This document shows positions 1-9,366 of a stretch of 64,000 bases of DNA, in pieces. The DNA comes from Alphaproteobacteria bacterium (GTDB taxonomy: Bacteria; Pseudomonadota; Alphaproteobacteria; Caedimonadales; UBA9215). Position 1 is the stretch's first letter. Every line of letters starts with the position of its first letter. Position numbers and translations under genes: made by a program. Below the pieces are notes generated by a model, which saw nothing but the letters and a program-made list of their open reading frames with translations, made no database searches and was not told where the DNA came from. The DNA is taken from contig JAJSAD010000044.1 in assembly GCA_024281375.1 (NCBI GenBank), forward strand, positions 5,614-69,613, in the 5' to 3' direction.

Positions 1-242
1 AGGTCACCTTCTTCCCCAGAAGTTTCTTGAGAGTGACTTTGATAATAAAGACGTCTTTCCCCCTCTGTCTCCGTTTCAGAACCACTAGAGGAATCCTTAT
101 TTTCGTAACAAGGCCTTTGAGCCGTCGGGTGCCGGTGTAAATCTTCGGGGGCAGAGCGCTTTAAAGTTGCAGAAGCATCCCCCATCAGAGTGAGGCTCAA
201 AAAAGCAGCGGAAACAGCCGTCAAAGAAATTGGCTTAAACAT
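1..242 (-). CDS. hypothetical secreted protein, N-terminal part (gene runs off the left edge)
   Basis: ATG at 242 (minus) opens a stop-free frame to position 1. The translation MFKPISLTAVSAAFLSLTLMGDASATLKR... has a signal-peptide-like N-terminus followed by a Ser/Glu/Thr-rich region. Absent from the ORF track because it is partial. Confidence 0.35.
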   Translation of the reverse strand, partial: MFKPISLTAVSAAFLSLTLMGDASATLKRSAPEDLHRHPTAQRPCYENKDSSSGSETETEGERRLYYQSHSQETSGEEGD

Positions 243-322
243 AATATGACATAGTCCTTGGTTCAAAATAATCATTAAAACAAAAGTAATGTATTGTAAA
301 AAAATATAAAGTCAAGAAAATA

Positions 323-1786
323 GTGTCTTTTTTTTTGAAATATTTGCTTTTATTAGAGAAACTCTGTCATGATTCTTCTTGTGGCACGGATTTGTGTACA
401 AAAACAGGGAGGTATGTGTTCGTGTTAGAGCAAAACCAGTCAGATGAAACACCGGAAAGTGTTAATGAGCTGCAGAAAAAAGCACTTTACGGGCGTCTTT
501 ATGTGGCCTTAAAAGCCTTGCTAAGAAAACATCAACAGAAAGAAGCTCAATACCATTGGGATAGGCACGCGCGCGCAAAACAACGGGTTCCTAAGGGTCA
601 GTGGCGGACTTGGTTAATCTTAGCAGGGCGCGGTTTTGGAAAAACACTAACAGGTGCTGAAACATTGCGCAAATGGGTGCACACAGGGAAGGCGCGCCGT
701 ATCGCTCTGATTGGAGCAACGGAAAGCGAAGTCCGAGATGTCATGGTCGAGGGGGATAGTGGTTTGCTAGCGGTCCATCCCCCCGATTTGCGACCTCAGT
801 ACGAACCGTCTAAACGGCGTATAACGTGGACAAATGGGGCTGTTGCAACGATTTTTAGTGCGGAGAACTATGAGCAATTGCGGGGGCCTCAATTCGATAC
901 GGCTTGGGTGGATGAACTCTGCAAATTTCGATCCGATCGAGAAGTGTGGGATCAGTTGAATTTTGCGTTAAGGCTTGGAAAATACCCCCGAGTGATTATC
1001 ACGACGACACCAAGGCCTACACCTCTTTTAAAAGAACTTCTTCAGGGAGAAAAGGCAGGAGAAGTCCATGTGACAACGGGAACAACCTATGAAAATTTGA
1101 AAAATCTTTCCCGCCATTTCATCCACTTTATGAGTCAGAAATACGGTGGAACAACCCTGGGTAAACAAGAGCTCGAAGGACGTATTTTAAAAGACGTTCA
1201 CGGGGCTTTGTGGACCAATGAGCTTATTGCCTCAAGCGTTATGCGACGAGAAAATATGCCGGAATTCACGCGTATTGTTGTGGCGGTTGATCCCGCTGTG
1301 ACGTGTCATGGAAAAAGCGATGAAACAGGCATTATTGTTGCGGCAAAAGATGCGGAAAATCGGGGCTATATCCTTCATGATTACAGTGGCAAATATACCC
1401 CCCATGGCTGGGCGAAAAAAGCCATTGAGGCTTTTCATCGCTTTAAGGCTGATTGTGTTGTGGCCGAAGTCAATCAAGGCGGCGATATGGTTGAAAGCAT
1501 CGTGAGAAGTGTTGAGCCTTCGACACCTTTTAAGGCGGTTCATGCGAGTCGCGGCAAGGCTTTACGGGCTGAACCTGTTCTGGCTCTTTATGAACAGGGG
1601 CGTGTGTTTCATGTCAAAGGAGGGCACCTCACAAAGCTCGAAAGCCAAATGGTGGAATATGTACCCGGTCTTTCAAAAAAGTCCCCTGATCGTTTGGATG
1701 CCCTTGTGTGGGCGTTAACGGAATTGCTCCTACCAAAGGACCTTAGTGTGACGCCAAAACTTCATGGTATCTTTGAAAAAAATTAA
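323..1786 (+). CDS. phage/GTA-type terminase large subunit (orphan)
   Basis: 487-aa ORF with a Walker-A-like LILAGRGFGKTLTGAE and overall layout of alphaproteobacterial GTA/phage large terminases (WVDELCKF, VAVDPAV...ETGIIV nuclease half). The true start is uncertain. An in-frame GTG at 422 follows a GGGAGG. Confidence 0.8.
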   Translation: MSFFLKYLLLLEKLCHDSSCGTDLCTKTGRYVFVLEQNQSDETPESVNELQKKALYGRLYVALKALLRKHQQKEAQYHWDRHARAKQRVPKGQWRTWLILAGRGFGKTLTGAETLRKWVHTGKARRIALIGATESEVRDVMVEGDSGLLAVHPPDLRPQYEPSKRRITWTNGAVATIFSAENYEQLRGPQFDTAWVDELCKFRSDREVWDQLNFALRLGKYPRVIITTTPRPTPLLKELLQGEKAGEVHVTTGTTYENLKNLSRHFIHFMSQKYGGTTLGKQELEGRILKDVHGALWTNELIASSVMRRENMPEFTRIVVAVDPAVTCHGKSDETGIIVAAKDAENRGYILHDYSGKYTPHGWAKKAIEAFHRFKADCVVAEVNQGGDMVESIVRSVEPSTPFKAVHASRGKALRAEPVLALYEQGRVFHVKGGHLTKLESQMVEYVPGLSKKSPDRLDALVWALTELLLPKDLSVTPKLHGIFEKN

Positions 1787-1827
1787 CTTTAGAAATTCCA
1801 TTAATATCTTGGAAAAATAACTTACAG

Positions 1828-2691
1828 GTGGCATCATTTTTAGGTAGCTTTATTTTAGGAAATCCTCTCATGGTGAGTGCCTCTACAACACCCATTGATC
1901 AATTTCAGGTCACTCTGAGTGATGTTGAAGAATTAAAAACGGATAACTGTTCATTGCGGAAACCTCAAGCCGTTATTGTACATTATACAGCAGGCGGTGA
2001 TAAAAGTTCCCAAGATTGGCTCACAACAGGACCTGTTAGTGCAAACTACCTCGTTAAGGGAGATGCAACAATTGCTCAAATAGTTCCCGATGGAAAGAGA
2101 GCTTGGCATTCTGGTCGTGCGTCTTGGCGAGGTTTCCCGGATTTAAATTCTGTATCTTTAGGGGTTGAAATCACAGGATATGGTTATAAAGGGCCCCATG
2201 TACCAGAGGACGTTGACCTTAGTCAATGTGTTGTGATTCCAGGATCGGATCATAGCTGGTTTCCTTTTCCCGAAGAGCAATTTCAATCCGTTTCCAAATT
2301 GTTGTTGGATTTTAGAGATCGTTGGAAAATTAAGCCCCCGCTTTTTGTTGGTCATAGTGATGTGGCTCCGGGTCGTAAGGTTGATCCCGGTCCGTTATTC
2401 CCTTGGGAGCGGCTCCATAAAGAATTTGGTATTGGGGCCTGGCCTGACCTTGAAAAAGACCTTCAACATATTGAGATGCCTTCTGCTGAGAAAGAGCTTA
2501 AATGGACTCAACTGCGCTTGCGGGATTATGGTTATGATTGCCCTTTAACGGGGGTTTTAGAGGGGGGAACAACCTCTGCGATTCAAGCTTTTCAAATGCA
2601 CTTTAGGCCTAAATTAATTGATGGAAAATCTGATGCCGAGACGCGCTTAATTCTAGCGCATCTCGTTGATCAATATCATTATGAGGATTAG
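1828..2691 (+). CDS. N-acetylmuramoyl-L-alanine amidase (Amidase_2, AmpD/AmiD-like) with C-terminal peptidoglycan-binding domain
   Basis: Motifs IVHYTAG, AWHSG, GVEI and GHSDVAPGRKVDPGPLFPW. The C-terminal LRLRDYGYDCPLTGVLEGGTTSAIQAFQMHF resembles PG_binding_1. The start is uncertain (GTG 1828 or ATG 1870). Confidence 0.85.
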   Translation: MASFLGSFILGNPLMVSASTTPIDQFQVTLSDVEELKTDNCSLRKPQAVIVHYTAGGDKSSQDWLTTGPVSANYLVKGDATIAQIVPDGKRAWHSGRASWRGFPDLNSVSLGVEITGYGYKGPHVPEDVDLSQCVVIPGSDHSWFPFPEEQFQSVSKLLLDFRDRWKIKPPLFVGHSDVAPGRKVDPGPLFPWERLHKEFGIGAWPDLEKDLQHIEMPSAEKELKWTQLRLRDYGYDCPLTGVLEGGTTSAIQAFQMHFRPKLIDGKSDAETRLILAHLVDQYHYED

Positions 2692-2713
2692 GATAAGTGC
2701 GTAATTGGAGGGC

Positions 2714-3976
2714 TTATAGACTCCAATACTGGCGTTGGTCTTCTAGGGTAATGCCGCGCCACAGGGCTTTGAGGTCTGCAATGCACCCGTCTTTTGTCGT
2801 GAGATTTTGCAACTGATCTTGACTGAGATTTTTGTAGTCGTGGTGAGGAACGCAACCTAAAAGCATGTCATAAGGCTCTAAACCATCAAGGGTCGTGAGG
2901 AGATCAATATCATAGAACTGTTTGGCTTCCTTTGGATCGGCATAAGGGTCATGGACTGAGACATTGAATCCGAGTTTTTTAAGCTCATCAATCAAGTCAA
3001 CAACCTTTGTATTGCGAAGATCAGGAACGTTTTCCTTAAAGGTTAGGCCTAAAATAAGAAGGCGTTTTTTGTTATTATCAGTCAAATTACTTAGCCTTTT
3101 GGCGATAAATTTTGCCATCCCTTCGTTGGTTTCTCGACCGGAAAGAATGACTTCTGGCTCATGGTTGAGTTCTTTTGAGAGATGGGCAAGGTAGTAGGGA
3201 TCAACACCAATACAGTGTCCTCCCACAAGACCAGGCTCAAAGGGAAGGAAGTTCCACTTGGTTTTAGCAGCCTCCAGCACATCATAAACAGAGAGGCCCA
3301 TTTGATTAAAGATCGAAGCAATTTCATTCACAAAAGCGATGTTAATGTCACGCTGGGCATTTTCAATAACTTTGGCGGCTTCGGCTGTTTTGATGTTGGC
3401 AGCCTGAAAGATATTGTTATTATTCATGGTGCCATACATTTCAGATAAAAGTGTTGTAACACCAGGAGTTTCCCCCGCAACAATCTTTGTGATTTTATCA
3501 ACGGTGTGGACTTTGTCGCCAGGGTTAATGCGCTCGGGAGAATAGCCTAGAAAGAAATCGGCCCCTTGTTTAAGACCTGAATGCTTTTCTAAAAGGGGTC
3601 CGCAAATATCTTCGGTCACGCCAGGGTAAACGGTGCTCTCAAAAACAATGATAGCCCCTTTCGAGATGACTTTTCCAAGGGTTTCGCAGGATTTCTCCAG
3701 GGGGGTGAGATCTGGCTTGTTGTCTTTTGTAATGGGCGTTGGGACCGTGACAATATAGATGTCTTTTTCATGAATTTTATTGTGGTCGGTTGTAACATGA
3801 AGAGAGGTTGTCTTTAGAGTGCTTTCATCAATTTCCGCCGTACGATCATAACCGTTTTGAAGTTATTGAATACGGTTTGCATTGATATCAAACCCAATGA
3901 CGCTATAATGCTTAGCCAAGGCGACAGCCAAGGGCAATCCAACATAGCCTAAGCCAACAACGCAAATTTTCTTCAT
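2714..3976 (-). pseudogene. nucleotide-sugar 6-dehydrogenase (UDP-glucose/GDP-mannose dehydrogenase family, TviB/WbpO-like) interrupted by an in-frame TAA
   Basis: ATG at 3976 gives MKKICVVGLGYVGLPLAVALAKHYSVIGFDINANRIQ (Rossmann GxGxxG), followed by a TAA at 3865-3863. The same frame then continues LQNGYDRTAEIDESTL...FESTVYPGVTEDICGPLLEKH into the 301-aa track ORF (2714-3619). The total is 421 codons, normal for the family. The track ORF 3616-3798 is an out-of-frame artefact. Confidence 0.8.
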
Positions 3977-4219
3977 AATACTTACTCTCTTTTAACCTGT
4001 GAATCTCAAATCTGCGGGACATCGTTTTCCTCACTTACAAAACGGTAAGCTCCGGGAACGCTGCCCTGGTTTTAAGACCCACAGATTAAAATATAGTTAG
4101 GTATTACCTAAAGGCTCTTTTAACCTATGGTTCTCAAACGAGATTCTCGCCTTGACAGGGGCTTTTGTCAAGACGACTATAGGGAAGAATTGATATTGAG
4201 AGAAAGAAATATAAAAAAT

Positions 4220-6154
4220 ATGTGTGGTATTACGGGCTTTTGGAATCATAATAAGACGCGATCAGAAGAGGAGCTGCGGTTCATTGTCAAAACAATGGCC
4301 GAGCAAATTCGCCCCCGTGGTCCCGATGATTGTGGGGAGTGGGTCGAGAGTGAACAAGGTCTGGCCTTGGGACATCGTCGCTTGTCTATTGTAGATTTAT
4401 CCCCCGCAGGACACCAACCCATGACCTCAGCGTGCGGGCGATATATCATCATTTATAATGGTGAGATTTATAATGCGCCCGATATAAAAGCGGAGATTTT
4501 AAAAGAGCATTCTCTTTCTTTTCAAGGCACCTCAGATACGGAAGCCCTCCTTGAGGGCTGTGCTCTTTGGGGGGTAAAGGCAACGGTCTCAAAATGTATT
4601 GGTATGTTTGGTTTTGCCCTTTGGGATCGGCGCGACAAAGTCCTGACCCTTGTTAGAGACCGTATGGGTATTAAGCCTCTTTATTGGGGATGGCAAGGAG
4701 AGGGCGCGTCCAAGACCTTCTTTTTTGGATCACAACTCAAGAGTTTTAAACCTCACCCTAGATGGAACCCCCAGATTGATCAAACCATTGTGACATCTTA
4801 TTTACGCTATGGTTATGTACCAGCCCCTCGGAGTATTTATCAGAATATTCATCAACTGGACCCTGGTCATATCTTGACCGTTAACGAATCAGGAACGATA
4901 AATGATGAGGCCTATTGGCGCCTTGAGGACCATGTCACAACCGCGCCCGTGCATAACGACCCAACACAGGCCCTTGATCAACTAGAAGACCTTTTAAAGG
5001 ATGCTGTGGGGCGTCGTATGGTCGCTGATGTGCCCTTGGGGGCTTTCCTATCAGGGGGTATTGATAGCTCCCTTGTGGTGTCCTTGATGCAAGCGCAATC
5101 AACGCGCCCTGTGAAGACTTTTTCCATTGGGTTTGATCAACCAGAATATAATGAGGCTCCCTATGCCAAAGCCATTGCACAGCACTTGGGGACAGATCAC
5201 ACAGAGATGTATGTCCCCGTTGAAGAGGCCGCCGATGTCATTCCTCAAATCCCTGAATTTTATGATGAGCCTTTTGCGGACTCCTCTCAAATTCCAACCT
5301 ATTTAGTCTCGAAAATGGCCCGAGAACATGTCACCGTTTCCTTATCAGGAGATGGGGGTGATGAGTTATTTACGGGCTATAATCGATATTTTTATACGCA
5401 GCAATTATGGGGAAAATTTTCCTGGATGCCAGCACCTTTAAGAAAAGCGATGGCCGCAGGAATTACAACCCTTTCCGAAGAAAGTTGGGACACCCTTGGA
5501 CGCCTGATTCCTGAAAAGCTTCGCCCGAAATACGTGGGGCAAAAAGCCCATAAGGTTGCAAAAATTATGCAACGCCCAACGGAAGAAGGGCTGTACCAAT
5601 CCCTTATTAGTCAGGCTCATACCCCGGAAAAATATTCTCTATCAGCCCAAGAAAACCCTGATTGGGAACACCTCTTAAAGCGAGATGACTTTCCTGGATT
5701 GATCGAGTATATGCAGTACCTCGATATGAAGACCTATTTGCCCAATGACATCCTCACCAAGGTGGATCGGGCGAGCATGGCCGTGAGTCTTGAGGCCCGT
5801 GTTCCTTTACTGGATCACCGTGTTGTTGAGTTCGCAGCAGCCATGCCCTTGAACCTCAAAATCAAGGACAACAAAGCGAAATGGCCCCTGCGTCAGATTT
5901 TAAATCGCTATGTTCCCTCGGAAATGGTTGAGCGTCCTAAGACAGGATTTGGGATTCCCATCCATAATTGGTTGCGAGGGCGCTTAAAAAACTGGGGGGA
6001 AGAGCTGCTGAGTGAGACGTCGTTGCGGGATACTCAAATGCTGAATCCTCATACGGTTCGGTCGTTATGGGAAGGGTATCAAAAGGGTGAAAACCAAGAA
6101 GCCTACAGCCTCTGGACCATGCTTATGCTCCAAGCGTGGCACCGGACAGTCTAG
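4220..6154 (+). CDS. asnB: asparagine synthetase (glutamine-hydrolysing), AsnB/WbpS-like amidotransferase
   Basis: MCGITGFW (Cys2 is the Ntn nucleophile, so the start is ATG 4220, not 4127). HRRLSIVDLS and the PP-loop FLSGGIDSSLVV are present. Confidence 0.9.
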   Translation: MCGITGFWNHNKTRSEEELRFIVKTMAEQIRPRGPDDCGEWVESEQGLALGHRRLSIVDLSPAGHQPMTSACGRYIIIYNGEIYNAPDIKAEILKEHSLSFQGTSDTEALLEGCALWGVKATVSKCIGMFGFALWDRRDKVLTLVRDRMGIKPLYWGWQGEGASKTFFFGSQLKSFKPHPRWNPQIDQTIVTSYLRYGYVPAPRSIYQNIHQLDPGHILTVNESGTINDEAYWRLEDHVTTAPVHNDPTQALDQLEDLLKDAVGRRMVADVPLGAFLSGGIDSSLVVSLMQAQSTRPVKTFSIGFDQPEYNEAPYAKAIAQHLGTDHTEMYVPVEEAADVIPQIPEFYDEPFADSSQIPTYLVSKMAREHVTVSLSGDGGDELFTGYNRYFYTQQLWGKFSWMPAPLRKAMAAGITTLSEESWDTLGRLIPEKLRPKYVGQKAHKVAKIMQRPTEEGLYQSLISQAHTPEKYSLSAQENPDWEHLLKRDDFPGLIEYMQYLDMKTYLPNDILTKVDRASMAVSLEARVPLLDHRVVEFAAAMPLNLKIKDNKAKWPLRQILNRYVPSEMVERPKTGFGIPIHNWLRGRLKNWGEELLSETSLRDTQMLNPHTVRSLWEGYQKGENQEAYSLWTMLMLQAWHRTV

Positions 6155-6253
6155 AGTCATTCCAAAAAATCCCAGACGTCGTCAATCGTTCCTAGATTAT
6201 AAGAGATAGTCGTCGTCCCCTCTTTCCTAGACTGGAACCTTTTTGAATTGACT
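6155..6253 (+). repeat. palindromic MITE/RPE-like element, complete copy a
   Basis: AGTCATTCCAAAAAATCCCAGACGTCGTCAATCGTTCCTAG...CCTAGACTGGAACCTTTTTGAATTGACT. The ends are imperfect inverted repeats. The copy fills the whole gap between the asnB stop (6152-6154) and the convergent dsbA-like stop (6254-6256). Related copies lie at 18481, 19018, 27397 and 27869. Confidence 0.85.
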
Positions 6254-6922
6254 CTAAGTAGAAATCTTATCAGCGATTTTTAAGATCTCATCAAGTTTTT
6301 TTGTGAGGTCTTTTGGCGTGATGCCTTTGTTAATGAGGAGGTTTTTCTCAACGCCGTTAACCTTATAAAAAAGATGAAAGGTTGGGGTGGCTTCGATATC
6401 GATGACTTGTTCGGCATTAAAGCGTTTGGCCATGATAAGCTCTTTTGTATGTTCGCAGGCTCGGGCCGCTTTGCAATCTTCGGGTGAGATACCCAGGATT
6501 TTTGCTAATGTTTCAGGAGGTTTTCCAATCCATTCTTCTTGACGTTCATAAGCAATATCCAAAAGCCCCATCCATTTATCATGGGGTTGTTTAGCCACAA
6601 GGCTCATGTATTCAACGGCTTGATAATCCAAGGGAAAGTGCTTGAAAACCATCTGCACTTTTTTAGTATCAATGTATTTTTCTTTCAGGTTTTGAAAAGC
6701 TTTGTGGTGGAAATTTGCGCAATGAGTACAGTTAATAGACGAGTACTCTACCAACATAATAGGGGCCTCATCGGTGCCTAAAACAATGTCGTCTAGCTCT
6801 GAATAAACCTGGATTTCCTCTATTTTTTGTTCAGAAACGGGTTGCTTTTCCTGTGCGGCATGAAGCGCAAAAGAAGAGAGTGACAGAGTCAGCGCAAGGA
6901 GGAGGGGACGCAATAATATCAT
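6254..6922 (-). CDS. periplasmic DsbA-family thiol:disulfide oxidoreductase
   Basis: Signal peptide MILLRPLLLALTLSLSSFALHA and the thioredoxin CxxC motif SINCTHCANFH. Confidence 0.8.
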   Translation of the reverse strand: MILLRPLLLALTLSLSSFALHAAQEKQPVSEQKIEEIQVYSELDDIVLGTDEAPIMLVEYSSINCTHCANFHHKAFQNLKEKYIDTKKVQMVFKHFPLDYQAVEYMSLVAKQPHDKWMGLLDIAYERQEEWIGKPPETLAKILGISPEDCKAARACEHTKELIMAKRFNAEQVIDIEATPTFHLFYKVNGVEKNLLINKGITPKDLTKKLDEILKIADKIST

Positions 6923-6985
6923 TATATGTAACCAATTTATAAATCATCTTTTAGTATAGGAAAAAGAGCTGTTAAAAATCAACCT

Positions 6986-7525
6986 TTATTTCCCATTGAG
7001 CATACGCTTTAAGACATTATCCTTTAAAATAAGGTGATGGTGTAAGGCCCCTAGAATATGAAGAGAAACGGAAATAGCGATAGCCCAGGCAAATCCCAGA
7101 TGAAGTTGATGACTTATGGCTGCAAATTCATGTTTTTCAAAGAAAGGGGTAATGGTGAAAAGACCGAAAAAAGAGATAGGATGCCCACCAAAACTAGACA
7201 TAATAAAGCCTGAAAAAGGCATTAAGATGATGCAAGTATAAAGAAAAAGGATATTCATATTAGCAAGGCTTGCTTGCCAATTCGGGATACTATCCGGGAG
7301 CTTGGGTTGTTTATTCATCCAGCGCCACATAAGGCGCAGAGGGACGAGGGTCAGGATAATAACGCCAAAGGCTTTGTGTTGGGCGTAGATGAACCACTTT
7401 TGATCCCCATCTTCCATAGATGTCATGATAAAGCCCGCAATAATGATCCCCAGGATAATAATTCCCATCACCCAGTGAAAGTGACGGGTAAGCGATCCAT
7501 ATGAATTTTCAGTATTTTTCAGCAT
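6986..7525 (-). CDS. cytochrome b561 family protein
   Basis: Four predicted TM helices with the conserved His pattern (RHFHWVMG, AQHKAFG, HQLHLGFAW...LHILGALHHH). Confidence 0.8.
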   Translation of the reverse strand: MLKNTENSYGSLTRHFHWVMGIIILGIIIAGFIMTSMEDGDQKWFIYAQHKAFGVIILTLVPLRLMWRWMNKQPKLPDSIPNWQASLANMNILFLYTCIILMPFSGFIMSSFGGHPISFFGLFTITPFFEKHEFAAISHQLHLGFAWAIAISVSLHILGALHHHLILKDNVLKRMLNGK

Positions 7526-7602
7526 GTTTTGAGTCCTGTTTTCTTATTATTTTAAAATAGTTTACTGCAATTATGCTCCTAAGAAAAGGGATGTGGGGTG
7601 AG

Positions 7603-8316
7603 TCATTTTTTTTGTTTTTTCCTCTTGTCATCCCATTTTAAAAATTCCGGATATCGTCGTTCTTTTATGAGAATGTCACGAAATCTTATTAGGGCTCTAG
7701 AGTGCCCTTTCTCGGCGGCAGCTTTAAAGGATTGCTCAGCTTCTTTTGTTGAGTTCTCCTGAGAAAGATAACAACCCAGGGTATATTGTGCCTCTGTGTC
7801 TCCTTGTGCGGCTGATTTTTCAATCCATTTTCTACCTTCTTCCTGTTTTCCTTCTTTAAAAAGAAGACTCGCAAAATTATATTGTGCTCTTGCAATTCCC
7901 TGATGGGCCGCTTTTTCGATGTGATCTCGTGCACCTTTTCGATCTCCTTCCTTGTATAAGATAAGAGCTAAATTATAGTGCGCCCTTGGGTCATCATGCT
8001 GAGCGGCGGCTTTAAAGTATTGTTTAGCCTCTAATAATTTCCCTTCCTTGAATAAAAACTCCCCAATTTCGTTTTCGACTTCTACGCGCTGTGAGTCGGG
8101 TAAGGCTTGAAGAATTTCTTTTATCTCTTCTTCTATTTCCTTTACATCCATTGTCGTTATTTCCTTAACATCAACGACATAGTTGCTAGAGGAGACAAAT
8201 TGAGTAGGGTGGTCATCTGGATTTTCATAGAAGTCGTCATAATTTGTACTTAAAACGTGAGGTGAAAAGAGGCTACATACCCCTAATAGCGTGAGAAATT
8301 GACATTTATTTTTCAT
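7603..8316 (-). CDS. secreted Sel1-repeat (TPR-like) protein
   Basis: Four tandem Sel1-type repeats (AAQHDDPRAHYNLALILYKEG, AAHQGIARAQYNFASLLFKEG, AAQGDTEAQYTLGCYL, AAEKGHSRAL). ATG 8316 (MKNKCQFLTLLGVCSLFS signal) is preferred over TTG 8385. Confidence 0.8.
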   Translation of the reverse strand: MKNKCQFLTLLGVCSLFSPHVLSTNYDDFYENPDDHPTQFVSSSNYVVDVKEITTMDVKEIEEEIKEILQALPDSQRVEVENEIGEFLFKEGKLLEAKQYFKAAAQHDDPRAHYNLALILYKEGDRKGARDHIEKAAHQGIARAQYNFASLLFKEGKQEEGRKWIEKSAAQGDTEAQYTLGCYLSQENSTKEAEQSFKAAAEKGHSRALIRFRDILIKERRYPEFLKWDDKRKKQKK

Positions 8317-8406
8317 AAGTAAAGTCCCTTTTTTTGTTGATTCTAGGGGAAAGGATATATGAAAAATAAAAACACTCAATGGCAAATTTTTATCAAAAGA
8401 GATAAT

Positions 8407-8685
8407 TTAAGAACCTTCTGCTCGTAATTCCTCGGCTGAAAAGAGAGAAATGCCCAGGATGAATTGTGTTATCCCTTCTGGGGTGACGGCTCTGATAAGG
8501 CCATCGTTTCCGATAAATTGACCGATAATATTCTCGGGCCTTGGGATAATATAGGCCGTTGTTGGAGGGGTATTGTGGGGTGTTTCAAAAGAGTCTTCGT
8601 GATTTTCGCCGTCTCTTTGAAAACTAAAGGCAACTAAATCACTGAAAAATAACAAAGAAAAACAAATAGATAGAATGTATTTCAT
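8407..8685 (-). CDS. small secreted hypothetical protein
   Basis: 92-aa ORF with the signal peptide MKYILSICFSLLFFSDLVA. No recognisable domain. Confidence 0.45.
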   Translation of the reverse strand: MKYILSICFSLLFFSDLVAFSFQRDGENHEDSFETPHNTPPTTAYIIPRPENIIGQFIGNDGLIRAVTPEGITQFILGISLFSAEELRAEGS

Positions 8686-8814
8686 AATAACATAACCTCT
8701 TTGTCGTTATTATTTATTGTAGACATGAAATTTGACAATTGTGAAGTTTTTTATTTTTATATTGTTTTTTGACAGATTTGATGTTATGAAGACTGAAAAA
8801 GAGTGGGTATTGTT

Positions 8815-9354
8815 ATGAATTTTTCTTTAAAGAAAACTAAATCTATTTTGTTTGCAATCATATGTTGTTCTTGTTTTACTGTGAAAGCGAGTTGTTTTGA
8901 GGATCCTTGGATTTATTCATTTTATGAAGATGATGATGAGGTGGTGATAAGGCAAACAGATATTTTCACCCCTGAGGAGAGGGAAGAGACAAGAGTTGCG
9001 GAAAGGGCTGAGAAAGAAGCCCAAGAAAATGAGACTCTAGCTCAGAAAGGTCATGCTTATCGTCTTTTAAAGGCTGGAGATTATGAAAAGGCTATTGTTA
9101 ATTATCGTGAGCTTTTAAAAACGCATCATGTTCGAGGGGAAAGAATTGTGTTCTTAAAGAACTGTGCTTATGCTTGTTTTAGAATGGGACAATTTGATTT
9201 ATCATTTGCTTATTATGGGGAGCTTTTAAATACCATCCCTGAGAAACATGCTGTTTTTTTGGTTTTGTTAGACGGTATAAGAAAAAAGGGTAATTTTAGT
9301 AAAGAAACAGTTTCTGCGGCGTGTAGCCAATACTTTTTCACAGATAATTTTTAA
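8815..9354 (+). CDS. secreted TPR-like hypothetical protein
   Basis: Signal-like MNFSLKKTKSILFAIICCSCFTVKA and TPR-like helices (AYRLLKAGDYEKAIVNYRELLK). ATG 8815 is preferred over GTG 8803. Confidence 0.55.
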   Translation: MNFSLKKTKSILFAIICCSCFTVKASCFEDPWIYSFYEDDDEVVIRQTDIFTPEEREETRVAERAEKEAQENETLAQKGHAYRLLKAGDYEKAIVNYRELLKTHHVRGERIVFLKNCAYACFRMGQFDLSFAYYGELLNTIPEKHAVFLVLLDGIRKKGNFSKETVSAACSQYFFTDNF

Positions 9355-9366
9355 GAGGATTTTGAT

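Noticed and set aside
3616-3798. 60-aa minus-strand ORF suggesting a frameshift in the dehydrogenase.
   Set aside because: Hand translation shows the dehydrogenase frame is continuous from 3862 down to 2714. This ORF is simply an alternative frame, and the only lesion is the TAA at 3863-3865.
4127-4219. 31-codon N-terminal extension of asnB in the ORF track.
   Set aside because: Class II amidotransferases need Cys as residue 2 after Met removal, and MCGITGFW starts at 4220. The upstream stretch contains a promoter-like palindrome instead.
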